Notes under the pieces: model-generated
What the model was told of the DNA's origin: nothing
The model's database searches: none
What the model saw: only the letters and a program-made list of their open reading frames with translations
Source: an uncultured virus (IMG/VR IMGVR_UViG_3300033986_000160)
Taxonomy: Duplodnaviria; Heunggongvirae; Uroviricota; Caudoviricetes
Length of the DNA stretch: 60,970 nt
Virus record (IMG/VR): IMGVR_UViG_3300033986_000160
Strand: one strand, 5' to 3'
In this document: positions 39,315 through 49,141 of the stretch, piece after piece
How the letters are laid out: each line of letters opens with the position of its first letter
How positions within the stretch are numbered: the stretch's first letter is position 1
Translations under genes and position numbers: made by a program

Positions 39315-41464
39315 ACCAAAAGACAATATCTCTTGATGAAGTAAAAATTGCTGTTATAAAGAAGATCTTGGATGACAAAGTTGCTGCCGGAGAGATACAA
39401 TCACAGGAGCAGTATGATGCAGAATATAAGATCTTATATAACAAAGTACAGAGTACAAAGACAATCACTACTTTGAAAGAACAGTCCGGGTTAACAGACG
39501 CAAAATCATTCAACGAGAATATCGTTGATTTGTATATAGATTTGCTTACCGCCTTCGGAGCTATGAATGAACTTGACCAGGCAGTAAACAGGCATAAGAA
39601 ATTAAACGAATCCATTATTAACTCCTTGAAGACACAAGTTGCCAAGATGAACGACGAGGTTAGTAACTACGAACAAATCATCAAGGAGCAATGGAACTCT
39701 GACAATTATACTGAAGGATTTAGGGATGTAGGATGCTTCGAGGAGAATAACAATCTCTATACAGAAAGGGACGGGACATTGATGTCATCGTCCTATAAGG
39801 CTGTTTTGGACAAATTCAATGAGAGCATTAACTTGCCGTACATAACAAAAACCAATGTTCTCATTCATCAGAACGGAACTCCGCTTGCTACAGCGTCGCT
39901 TCCAAAACAACTTGGAAGCGGACTTATTACAATAAAGAATGAGAGAAATTCTCTTGACAAGGCAATTGATACATCTACAGATACATACTGGGCTGAGTGT
40001 ATACTGTGCGACACACCGATGCGTGTCGAACTCAGTGACTATTACTATAACACGAATTTTGGAGCTGTATGCGAGATTGAGATTTCACTACAGACACCTA
40101 CTGTAGTGAATGAAATATCTTTGCTTCCATACGGACCATATCCTATGGAGATTATCGCTATAAGGTATTTTGAAACTGATGAACCAAGTGAGCCTATAAA
40201 AGAAATTGTATTCCCAGGGAATACAGATAAAACACTTGACTATCAGCATATCACAGGGTCAATTAGTTTTAAATTTACAGACCGGCTTTGCAAGAGGATT
40301 AGAATACTGATAAACCAGATTCATTACATAAAGAATAACTTTATTGTAGATAAGGAAGAACAGTCTAAAAATGAGTTGTGGTTTAATTCAACCGGTACAG
40401 TGATTCCGAAACTGGAAGGCCATGAAGTATTTAAGCCGGTATATTATGACAAGGCTCTAAAAGACAGGGCATGGGTAATATTTAACAACAGTATCGGCGA
40501 CGTTGCCAATATTGATGTTACAAAACTAATGGAAACAAAGAAGTCTATGAAACCGGTAAGTAAATACCAATATGTATACGGATTCTATAATATCGGGGTA
40601 TACTATAATGACTTTCAGGATACAGGAATTTTTGTTAGCAAGACGATAAAGTCCAGGGGAAACATCAAGACGGTTACATTGGAGTCAAAAGAAATACATC
40701 CCGGGAACCAGAACTGTTGTGATATAGAATATTACATCAGTTACGCTGACAACCCGCAAGCTGAGGATTGGATTCCGCTGCTTCCAATGGATAAGGAGGT
40801 TATCCACAACGAGCTGTTGACAGTGTGGGTAAATGAGGGTCTTCCCTACTATTTACTCAGGTTCCCGGCAAAAGGTAATATCATAGTGAAAGCAAACGGA
40901 ATTGTTCTTAGTCCTATGTATTACAACACAAGAACCGACAGCAACGGCAATATAAACAGGGTGGCTATATTACCCTACAAGAAGCCTAATGTCAAATACA
41001 CTGTTGAGTATACTCCAGTTGATAAAGCAAAACGCATTGACTTTATTGACTCCAATGTAAACCCTATCGTGTCTGCTGATGTTATCCCTGGAACAAACAC
41101 TAATTATTATTCTCTCTCGAATATTCCGTTTTTATACGAAGGTATGGTGATGAATGTTCAAATCACAACCAAGGACGGAAACCTTATCACGCAACAACGT
41201 GGAGATATACAGAATGTGACTGACATCTACAGTCCAAGTGAAAGTTATAAGAATTTTACAACCGGTAAATTACAATATTACGTTGACAAGGATAAATTAT
41301 ACTTCAATCAGGATATAGCTGCTGGGAATACTATAAAGATAGAATATAGTCATTTTGTAACCCAGATTAGAGTCAAAGCTATCCTTAGAAGGAATTGCCA
41401 AGGTAACAATTGGATTACGCCATCAATTGACGAATTCAGAGTAAAATTCCAGGTTATAGAATAG
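39311..41464 (+). CDS. Structural protein, paralogue family member
   Basis: N-terminal coiled coil, discoidin-like segment LDKAIDTSTDTYW, C-terminal IRVKAIL...TPSIDEF. Confidence 0.55.
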   Translation: MNQKTISLDEVKIAVIKKILDDKVAAGEIQSQEQYDAEYKILYNKVQSTKTITTLKEQSGLTDAKSFNENIVDLYIDLLTAFGAMNELDQAVNRHKKLNESIINSLKTQVAKMNDEVSNYEQIIKEQWNSDNYTEGFRDVGCFEENNNLYTERDGTLMSSSYKAVLDKFNESINLPYITKTNVLIHQNGTPLATASLPKQLGSGLITIKNERNSLDKAIDTSTDTYWAECILCDTPMRVELSDYYYNTNFGAVCEIEISLQTPTVVNEISLLPYGPYPMEIIAIRYFETDEPSEPIKEIVFPGNTDKTLDYQHITGSISFKFTDRLCKRIRILINQIHYIKNNFIVDKEEQSKNELWFNSTGTVIPKLEGHEVFKPVYYDKALKDRAWVIFNNSIGDVANIDVTKLMETKKSMKPVSKYQYVYGFYNIGVYYNDFQDTGIFVSKTIKSRGNIKTVTLESKEIHPGNQNCCDIEYYISYADNPQAEDWIPLLPMDKEVIHNELLTVWVNEGLPYYLLRFPAKGNIIVKANGIVLSPMYYNTRTDSNGNINRVAILPYKKPNVKYTVEYTPVDKAKRIDFIDSNVNPIVSADVIPGTNTNYYSLSNIPFLYEGMVMNVQITTKDGNLITQQRGDIQNVTDIYSPSESYKNFTTGKLQYYVDKDKLYFNQDIAAGNTIKIEYSHFVTQIRVKAILRRNCQGNNWITPSIDEFRVKFQVIE

Positions 41465-41474
41465 GAGGTCGGAC

Positions 41475-43232
41475 ATGTCGAACTTGATGCAATTATTGAA
41501 TAAATCAAAGACCATAGATGAAAAGGCTTCAGCTATATTCAGCGAACTTATCGGCCAATACAATCATGGCGAGATAAAGACTGAAACCGAGCTTTTATAC
41601 AAAGTCTTCAATGCTTTGAATGATTTCTATGCGTCTATCGGCAAGCCAACATACAAGTTTCGTCCAGCAAAAGGAACACCTGTGTCCGAACACTACAACT
41701 CAATGATAAAAGAAGCTGTTGCTGATATATCGTCAATATTGGCTGAAAGTGACAATCTATCCGATATTCTTGACCAGTCATTCACCGAAATAGAGGTTGA
41801 CAGAAAGATGCTCCAGAACAAAATCAAGTATATCGGAAAACTCCTTGACAAAGTAAAGATTGCAGCACAGGACTCCAGGAACAGATTGGTTTTTGGAGAT
41901 TCGTTTGTAAACACGAAACAGATGGATACAGACATGATTAAAGGCATTCCGGCATCTATCAACATCACCGAAGGTGTGTTGACATTAAACAAACTTCAGG
42001 CAGAAGACTACTCCAGCACATGTGATGTTGAGATACTTTCGGACTCCAATGGGTTTCCTGGTAATACCCATGTTGCAGACATTCTTGATGGTTCATTGCA
42101 TTTTAGCGGAGAAGACAATCTTCATATAAACTTAAAGGACATCATCGACGGGAACAATGATACATGGTTTGAGTATGAAATCTTCTCAGTTACCAACGAA
42201 GTTTACGAACAAACTGTTGGTCTTGGATTTAATTATAAGGAAAATGTAAGCTGGATAACCGAAGAAGGACCATTAAGGCTTGTTATCAGACTGACACTTA
42301 AACAACCAAAAACATGCAATTGGTTGTCGCTGTCCCCGTTTATCCCTGAACATAAAGGCGTTAAAGCACCACAGATAAGCAGTATCATAATATCTGACGG
42401 TAAAGGTACAGTCCAGAATATAACCTCTGGCAAACGTAGCTTTGACAGTGATATCATATATATCTTCCAGACTCAGGTATGCAAGACTGTTACAGTTGTG
42501 TTTGAGCAGCCTTTATCCTATGATATTGACATAGGCCACTTCTTTTTTACAGAGGTATCGTCATCTAATGAGAACTATTTTGATACCACTGAATCAAAAG
42601 GCGGCCGTGTAGATGGACCAAGCCCATCTATTGAACTGCTCGGATTAAAATACGACAGCAAGGCGAAGAAAGTCGTTAATCCTTCCTATACCGAAGGTTC
42701 TAACTTTATTGACGACGCAAAAGTTAAGAAGGAACTATTTACATTTCCTTCAGATACAGCCAATATAAAGGCCGGAAAAGAGATACTGCCTGCATCAAGA
42801 TATCACATAGGCATCAAGGGGATCAATATATCCTGTTACACCTTTGACCAGTCAAGTGAGTATATATCCACAGCATATGAGTCTGATGAATCTATAGCTA
42901 CGGTTTCCCTGGATGTAACTGAAATGATACCACGAAGTTATGGTGAAGGCGAATGGATCAAATATAGTATCTCAGTTGATGACGGACAAAACTGGTATCC
43001 GATTGTTCCTACATTCAAATCATATGCCGGCAAATCCGTTTATTATATCAACAGTAATACTCCGGTAGAGCTAAGGCACCCCGCAAATGGCTATATTGAA
43101 ACCGGGAGCGACGTATATTCGTTAAGGCTCAAAATAGAACTATCAAGACCTACAGGTGTAAATGATGTATACACTACTCCTATTGTTTCGGGATATAATA
43201 TCAAAGTAACCACTGGAGGGAAGAAAAAATGA
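41475..43232 (+). CDS. Structural protein, paralogue family member
   Basis: PVSEHYNSMI...DI, IIDGNNDTWF, SVDDGQNW (Asp-box) and LRLKIEL...TPIVSGY motifs. Confidence 0.55.
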   Translation: MSNLMQLLNKSKTIDEKASAIFSELIGQYNHGEIKTETELLYKVFNALNDFYASIGKPTYKFRPAKGTPVSEHYNSMIKEAVADISSILAESDNLSDILDQSFTEIEVDRKMLQNKIKYIGKLLDKVKIAAQDSRNRLVFGDSFVNTKQMDTDMIKGIPASINITEGVLTLNKLQAEDYSSTCDVEILSDSNGFPGNTHVADILDGSLHFSGEDNLHINLKDIIDGNNDTWFEYEIFSVTNEVYEQTVGLGFNYKENVSWITEEGPLRLVIRLTLKQPKTCNWLSLSPFIPEHKGVKAPQISSIIISDGKGTVQNITSGKRSFDSDIIYIFQTQVCKTVTVVFEQPLSYDIDIGHFFFTEVSSSNENYFDTTESKGGRVDGPSPSIELLGLKYDSKAKKVVNPSYTEGSNFIDDAKVKKELFTFPSDTANIKAGKEILPASRYHIGIKGINISCYTFDQSSEYISTAYESDESIATVSLDVTEMIPRSYGEGEWIKYSISVDDGQNWYPIVPTFKSYAGKSVYYINSNTPVELRHPANGYIETGSDVYSLRLKIELSRPTGVNDVYTTPIVSGYNIKVTTGGKKK

Positions 43233-45226
43233 GTATTAGTCAAAGACAAATCCAAACGGTAACCGATAAGGCGGTGGAAACTTTGCTAAAGGCCGGACAA
43301 CTGCCTAATACTGCTGATATTAACAAGTATGTCGATACATTCTTTGCCGGTAAAACTCCCGGGCTGCCTTATTACAGACCAACAGAAGTTGCAGAAGGAG
43401 AAGTTTCAGATCCTGATAGCTACAACAGAATGTTTCAGGATCTCAAAACAGACCTTGATACAATTTTTTCTGAGAACATATACCAGAATAATAGAATTGT
43501 ATCAATGTTTGATTACTATGCAACTGAGAAGGAACGCCTGGATGCAGCGGTTGAAAAACTGCAACTGAGAGTTGACGGTCTGCTCGATTCCCTAAAGTCC
43601 AGTAAAGCAACTGAAGGATTCATTGAATCATTTAATAATTTCTATGGAGTTGAGCTATACGGCGATAAGGCCCGAAATATTCCGAAGACTTCTGCTTTTG
43701 TCGACCTTGTGCAGAGAAAAGTATATAATGAGAAGCTGACACGACCGCAAGATAAGATTGATATTTCATCAGCCTCAATAACTATAACTCCTGTAACAAC
43801 CATTAACGGCTCAACTGTCCTTGGTGCTGCCGAGAATATATTAAAAGATTCAACCAATGAAACCTGTACGTGGATATTCACCAAAAACGGAGACGGAGAA
43901 TGTATTATAGAGCTGCTTGTAAAGATGAAAGATGCTGCAACGGCAAGTTCTGTTGTAATTAACACCAAGTCAACAAAGGCTGCCAATATTAGCCTTCAGA
44001 TATCTGAAGATGATGTTAATTATAAAGACTTAATGGATATTGATACAGCTTCGTTTGCTGAATGGAATTTTAACAGAACGCCTGTGAAATTTATGAAGTT
44101 CAGAATTAAGAAATATGAGCCTGATGGCGATACCGGTTCTTCAAGTGAATATTACTTTACAATCTGCAATATATCGCTTGTAAACGACAATTTCATGAAC
44201 AAGAATGTATTTGTCAGTAAACCGATAACCATAAACAAAATCCCCGACAAGGCTACATTGATAACGGAAGACGTAATCTATCCAAATACCGATATCAAAT
44301 ATTATCTTGGGATAGACAACGGGATCGACAAAGTTGACTGGAGATTAGTTCAAAGCGGAGTGCCATATGACTTTGGCCTTCTTACTCCAAGACGTGAGAT
44401 TGTTACCAACAATGTAAGTCCTTACAACTATGACGGCAAAGTGTCGAGGATATGCAAACTTCATGAGAATACGGACAAAAATACAATTAACCTTATGCTT
44501 GGATACCAGATGTGGTTTCATGAAAGGTTCAGTTTGCCTGACTCTGTAGTAAATGAAACCGACGCTTCTGGGAGAAATATCTTCGAACCAGGAATTGGCC
44601 AAATGATTTACCCAAAGATCGGCAATTCATTCTATGATTGCGAGATATACGATCTCAATGTTAAGGCTGGAGAGCTGAACGTATATACACAGTATGTAAT
44701 ATGCGGTCAGGATGTTTCTATCAGTCATAGAAAAATCATTGGCAGCGTGAAGCATTCGATTTATGTCAATAATATCGTAGTGCAGCCAATAGACGGGAAG
44801 TATACGATCAATCTGGTAAAGGGTATAAATAAAGTCCAAATGTGCATTTATTCATATTCAGACACAACAGTGTCCCACAATATCAATATGAAGAACGCTT
44901 CATTTGATATTTATTGCAGGCTTGCACTCAGGCAGGTTACAGAACACAACCTTATATCCAACACCAAGGACGAGGATCTGAATTTCTTCGCTGTAGATTC
45001 AGAAGGGTATATTATTGTGAAGTACGACCCGAAAAAAGCCGGGTTGTGTTACAATATAAATAATGATGATTTGATTCGTTATGTAGTTGAGTATAAATAT
45101 ATACCGAACGATGTATTAACTGCCTACCCGGATAATACTCTGAAGATCAGGGTAATGGCGACGCTGACAAGTTCGTATGACGACATTTCGCCTCAAATCA
45201 TGAACTACAGGATTATATCTGAATAG
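43229..45226 (+). CDS. Structural protein, paralogue family member
   Basis: SDPDSYNRMF..L.TDL and IRVMATL...SPQIMNY motifs. Confidence 0.55.
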   Translation: MSISQRQIQTVTDKAVETLLKAGQLPNTADINKYVDTFFAGKTPGLPYYRPTEVAEGEVSDPDSYNRMFQDLKTDLDTIFSENIYQNNRIVSMFDYYATEKERLDAAVEKLQLRVDGLLDSLKSSKATEGFIESFNNFYGVELYGDKARNIPKTSAFVDLVQRKVYNEKLTRPQDKIDISSASITITPVTTINGSTVLGAAENILKDSTNETCTWIFTKNGDGECIIELLVKMKDAATASSVVINTKSTKAANISLQISEDDVNYKDLMDIDTASFAEWNFNRTPVKFMKFRIKKYEPDGDTGSSSEYYFTICNISLVNDNFMNKNVFVSKPITINKIPDKATLITEDVIYPNTDIKYYLGIDNGIDKVDWRLVQSGVPYDFGLLTPRREIVTNNVSPYNYDGKVSRICKLHENTDKNTINLMLGYQMWFHERFSLPDSVVNETDASGRNIFEPGIGQMIYPKIGNSFYDCEIYDLNVKAGELNVYTQYVICGQDVSISHRKIIGSVKHSIYVNNIVVQPIDGKYTINLVKGINKVQMCIYSYSDTTVSHNINMKNASFDIYCRLALRQVTEHNLISNTKDEDLNFFAVDSEGYIIVKYDPKKAGLCYNINNDDLIRYVVEYKYIPNDVLTAYPDNTLKIRVMATLTSSYDDISPQIMNYRIISE

Positions 45227-45228
45227 GA

Positions 45229-45492
45229 GTGAGGTCAGTGATATATCCGATTGGGGTAAAAGAAAACAGTAGATACCGTGGTCCGATAGAAAGCATTAAA
45301 ACACTTAGAACCAACGGTGATATTGAACAGAATATCAAACTGCTGTATAATAAATTTATGGAGCTTGAGGAATTAAATACCTATATTAAAACAGTCCTTG
45401 ATGATAACAACATATACAAGTCTCACAGGGATATCAAGGTAATAGACGGCAATACGAGCTCATTTATAAAGGAGGCAATGGTCAATGGATAA
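45229..45492 (+). CDS. Short structural protein (N-terminal module of the paralogue family only)
   Basis: RYRGPIES...DIEQNIKLLY resembles the N-terminus of the neighbouring genes. Confidence 0.45.
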   Translation: MRSVIYPIGVKENSRYRGPIESIKTLRTNGDIEQNIKLLYNKFMELEELNTYIKTVLDDNNIYKSHRDIKVIDGNTSSFIKEAMVNG

Positions 45493-46717
45493 CGTACCAT
45501 CCTTTAGAAAACAAGAAGTAAAGTTCAGATCAACTGCATCCAGCGAACAATACAATCAGATGCAGGACAGTGCACTTTATGATATCCTGAATCTTTTCAA
45601 CAAAGCAAACAAGCTGGAAAGCGATCTTTTAGACACAAAAGACATTGTCTTTACTGAGAATCAGTATATGCAGTTGAAGATCCAATCCCTTGAAGCAAAG
45701 TTGGCCACGATGGCACAGCTATATAAAGATCTGACTACTGCCGGGAATAAATTAATGACGCTCAACGTATATCCGAACCAGATGTATATAAACAGCTCAT
45801 CCAGCGTTCCTGCATTTGTAGATACTGCCTGCATGGATGTAACGCTTCCGTTTGCCTCAAAAACAAGCAAGGTTCATGTATATGACGACGTATCCGACAC
45901 TGTGTTTATTCCTGATTCATTGGTTGCTGAGAACAGTATAATAACACCGACCAAAGGAATCATCGAAATTACAGAGAATGATATCATGAATGCGTTCAAC
46001 GGAAACAACAGTTCTTACTGGAGAAAAAAAGTAATTACCGACAATACTGTAAACGAAGTAAACATGCAGATTGTCATAGGGCTTCCTGAAGACATTATAT
46101 CAAACAGGGAAATCAATGCAGTTATCTTCTCTCCATTTCCATATGGCTCACTTGATCTGGTAAATATCGAATACAAATTGTTCGGCGACTGGACCCAGAT
46201 TCCTTCATTTAGCGAGCACTCCGAAGGAACGCTCGAATCATATTCCGATGTTTTCGGTAATATAAGTTATAAACCGATTATTCCAGGAGTAGGTAACATT
46301 AAGTTCTGTTTCAATGACATCAGTGCATCTGAACTCAGAATCACTGTAAGACAAAGAAACTACACACAGGAGAATGGTAACCGGGTATTTTATCTTGGTG
46401 CCCGTGAAATTGAAATAGTCAATTATAAGTACAATAAAGATGTAGCTACATTCTATACAAAAGTTATATTCCCAGGCAATCCTGTTAAGGTTGTGTGTGA
46501 TATACAATCTATATTGAATAACCAGGGAGAAATCGGGAAGAATGTTGTACAGTATGAAATGTTCACACTGGACGACTATGATCGGCCATCAAAGATAACA
46601 AAGGGATTTCCCTTTGAAATATCTAACGGTAAAATGCTTGTCAAGTGTGACATTTACAAAAATAATACTTCGCCGGCATTAAATAAGATAAAAGTTATTT
46701 ATAAAGAAAAAATATAG
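45485..46717 (+). CDS. Structural protein, paralogue family member
   Basis: KFRSTASSEQYNQM...DI, NAFNGNNSSYW and SPALNKIKV motifs. Confidence 0.55.
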   Translation: MDNVPSFRKQEVKFRSTASSEQYNQMQDSALYDILNLFNKANKLESDLLDTKDIVFTENQYMQLKIQSLEAKLATMAQLYKDLTTAGNKLMTLNVYPNQMYINSSSSVPAFVDTACMDVTLPFASKTSKVHVYDDVSDTVFIPDSLVAENSIITPTKGIIEITENDIMNAFNGNNSSYWRKKVITDNTVNEVNMQIVIGLPEDIISNREINAVIFSPFPYGSLDLVNIEYKLFGDWTQIPSFSEHSEGTLESYSDVFGNISYKPIIPGVGNIKFCFNDISASELRITVRQRNYTQENGNRVFYLGAREIEIVNYKYNKDVATFYTKVIFPGNPVKVVCDIQSILNNQGEIGKNVVQYEMFTLDDYDRPSKITKGFPFEISNGKMLVKCDIYKNNTSPALNKIKVIYKEKI

Positions 46718-46728
46718 GAGGTGCTCTT

Positions 46729-47673
46729 ATGAAAAAGACGCTATGTTTGCTGCTTGTTCTTGTTATTGCTTTTGTTTCAATACCTGTTTTTGCTGTGTAT
46801 GACAATTCTAAAGTTTACACTGTGATTGGCAATGACAAGTATTATATGAATGGAACAAAGCTGATGAAGGACGGAAAAATGGTCGTTAACTTCCAGGATC
46901 TTACCTACAGTTATGGAGGCATCGAAATCACCAAAGAGATGATGAAGACACTCCTTGTTACCGACCTTACTCATGACAAATGGAACGGACATGATATTAT
47001 CTATGCTGTAGGATTGGTATTTGAACCTGATCAAGATATATTGAATGATTCATCGAAGTTCAAAGACCAGAAAATCAAGATAGGGTATCCGTACATGCTT
47101 GTTATGTCATATTGTATAGGAGGTCCGACCAAAGATATTTACTGGTACAAAGATAACTATTTAATGATGGAGGCCATACTAAAGTATGATGCACTATGGG
47201 ATGCTGCACACGATGTCATACTTGATGAGAGTAAAGACCCAACGGAAGATGAGAGTTATGATACGCTCTACAACTTCGCAGCAAGAATTGTACATCCAAG
47301 GATAATCATGAGCCAGCATTACTCACATAAGGCATACTTATTAGTACAGGATACAAAATCCGATGAGGTAAACGCAGATCATATCAAACTATTTACATTC
47401 AATACTGACAGGACATTGAAGCCGGAATACAAGTTCACTCCGGAATTATTTGCAACATTCTGGTGGTTAAACGAGCAAGGGCAAAAGTACGGAGATTATG
47501 AAGTCAGATTAGATAGATTCTATCTTAAGGAAACCCAGAAAGACCATGTTGTAATATATAACTTTGGCGACGAAATATCAATTGCACTTGATAACGATAT
47601 TAGCATTCATACACAGCCAAGGTTGGCGGGTTTATACTGGCAGTATACTGAACAATTAGATCTTGACGAATAG
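46729..47673 (+). CDS. Secreted protein with Sec signal peptide
   Basis: MKKTLCLLLVLVIAFVSIPVFA signal peptide; AGGAGGT RBS. Confidence 0.6.
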   Translation: MKKTLCLLLVLVIAFVSIPVFAVYDNSKVYTVIGNDKYYMNGTKLMKDGKMVVNFQDLTYSYGGIEITKEMMKTLLVTDLTHDKWNGHDIIYAVGLVFEPDQDILNDSSKFKDQKIKIGYPYMLVMSYCIGGPTKDIYWYKDNYLMMEAILKYDALWDAAHDVILDESKDPTEDESYDTLYNFAARIVHPRIIMSQHYSHKAYLLVQDTKSDEVNADHIKLFTFNTDRTLKPEYKFTPELFATFWWLNEQGQKYGDYEVRLDRFYLKETQKDHVVIYNFGDEISIALDNDISIHTQPRLAGLYWQYTEQLDLDE

Positions 47674-47679
47674 AAAATC

Positions 47680-47714
47680 AAATGGGTATTATACACAAAG
47701 TATAATACCCATTT
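47680..47714. terminator. Bidirectional intrinsic terminator between the convergent arms
   Basis: Perfect 15-bp stem aaatgggtattatac/gtataatacccattt with 5-nt loop, between stop codons at 47673 and 47719. Confidence 0.8.
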
Positions 47715-47718
47715 TGAA

Positions 47719-47913
47719 TTACTCGTCACCTTCGTCGGTATGATCTTTGGCAGCTCCCTGCATTTCACCGTCAACACCGAATCTCTTATTCAGTTCATCC
47801 TGTGAAATAGTGCCGTGATTGGCTGCTTCAGGAACAACCTGTCTACCATAAACTTTACCGGCCACAGCAGAACCGCTGAAGCCCATTGCTACATTTGAAT
47901 TAACTATTGGCAT
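47719..47913 (-). CDS. Small hypothetical protein
   Basis: AGGAGG RBS before MPIVNSN. Confidence 0.55.
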   Translation of the reverse strand: MPIVNSNVAMGFSGSAVAGKVYGRQVVPEAANHGTISQDELNKRFGVDGEMQGAAKDHTDEGDE

Positions 47914-47943
47914 TGTTGCATCCCTCCTGGAATTGATTATCAC

Positions 47944-48216
47944 TTATTTAGTGATAGTGAAATATATAATGGCTTCATAACCTTTCACCCGCACCTCAAG
48001 CGAATTTTCATCAAGCTGAACATACTCACATAATATTTCCTCTCTGCGTTTTATGGCCCATTTATGCATCTCTGTTCTCCATTTAACAACATCAAGGCCG
48101 CAGATATCCTTGTTTGTGTCAATTGCTGTTTTTAGGCTGTCATAATATTGAGCTTTACGCTCATCTCCGTTAATGAATTCATCTAATTTTTCTTGAAATG
48201 GCCATAGAACTTTCAT
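47944..48216 (-). CDS. Hypothetical protein
   Basis: AGGAGGAGG RBS before MKVLWPF; the longer ORF-track start overlaps the tRNA. Confidence 0.6.
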   Translation of the reverse strand: MKVLWPFQEKLDEFINGDERKAQYYDSLKTAIDTNKDICGLDVVKWRTEMHKWAIKRREEILCEYVQLDENSLEVRVKGYEAIIYFTITK

Positions 48217-48243
48217 ACAACCTCCTCCTAAGATTTGATAAAG

Positions 48244-48318
48244 TGGCAGGAGAGGCAGGATTCGAACCTGCAACCGACGGTTTTGGAGACCGGCGTTCTA
48301 CCACTGAACTACTCCCCT
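48244..48318 (-). tRNA. tRNA-Trp (CCA)
   Basis: Minus strand AGGGGAGTAGTTCAGTGGTAGAACGCCGGTCTCCAAAACCGTCGGTTGCAGGTTCGAATCCTGCCTCTCCTGCCA: cloverleaf, TTCGA T-loop, encoded CCA end. Confidence 0.95.
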
Positions 48319-48320
48319 AC

Positions 48321-48725
48321 GCAAGAAGGGCGAAACCATATTTGCTTGAGCTAAGGTTACCGCATTGATCTTTCAGATCCATCGGCCTACCTTCCATTCC
48401 GGAAGGTCTTAGACATCAAGGCACAGCACGTTTACTTAGTTGCGGGGCCGTAACACCCGCTGGCTACTTGCGGCTACTCACTTACATCCGTACTTGTATC
48501 ATATAATTTGACAGGATAGTGTTGGCAAGGCTGGTACTCCAAATCGTATAAATTTTCAGCAGCAGGATATATCATTTCACCTTTCTGTCTAACCAGCAGT
48601 AAACACGTCCTCATCCCGTTCACCGGCGGGAAACCCGTTTTCCTTCTGTAGCTTTCTGCCTTAACACCAAAATTTCAGCCACCCTTCAGCCTGGGCCGGA
48701 TAGGTTCCGGCGGACCTTGACATAA
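48321..48725 (-). ncRNA. Candidate large structured ncRNA (ROOL/GOLLD-type context)
   Basis: About 400 nt with no ORF in the track, abutting the tRNA 5' end, with nested long-range and local helices (see findings). Boundaries are approximate. Confidence 0.6.
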
Positions 48726-48757
48726 AAGAGACGTGATAGAATAGATTTGTATATTTC

Positions 48758-49132
48758 TCACAACTCCTCAATCTCCCTGTAACACATTCCGACAACTCCA
48801 GGACTTTTATCGGAATCGGTTGGTTCGTAGTGTGCTTTGGGATGTTGTGGATACATCTATTCTATCATAGCGAAATTCGCAATGTCAATCAAATATTCCT
48901 TGTTGCCGGTTTCTTTGTATTTTTGAAGCCTTAACTCAAGGCTTGCAATTTCACCAACCAACTTATCACCAGAGTTAATCCTTAATGGTCCATACTTATA
49001 GTATGACATAACCTTTGCTTTCTTGCTTGACACTCCCCATGACTAAAGTCGTTTGGATGAAGGCTAAGTTTCATGTAAATCATCAAACTGTTCTGAATAC
49101 TCAGTAGCTAATATGTCCTCTGTTCTTGCCAT
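48758..49132 (-). pseudogene. Disrupted small phage protein gene
   Basis: Removing 49027-49074 gives MARTEDILATEYSEQFDDLRKKAKVMSYYKYGP...IANFAMIE*MYPQHPKAHYEPTDSDKSPG...; there is also an in-frame TAG at 48857-48859. Confidence 0.7.
49027..49074 (-). mobile_element. 48-bp IS200/IS605-family mini-element
   Basis: Inserted 3' of TTAC, ends in TCAA, contains a gactttagtc hairpin, has no target duplication, and precise removal restores the reading frame. Confidence 0.7.
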
Positions 49133-49141
49133 AACCCACCT

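Noticed and set aside
308..47034. Many 60-150 aa antisense and alternate-frame ORFs inside the long + strand genes
   Set aside because: Shadow ORFs fully overlapping genes with strong support; no recognisable motifs.
48217..48273. N-terminal extension of ORF 47944..48273
   Set aside because: It overlaps the tRNA 3' half, and a strong RBS supports the 48216 start.
48321..48725. Group I/II intron, RNase P RNA or tmRNA
   Set aside because: No interrupted gene flanks it, and I could not find group II termini or domain V, the RNase P GAGGAAAGUCC motif, or tmRNA tRNA-like ends.
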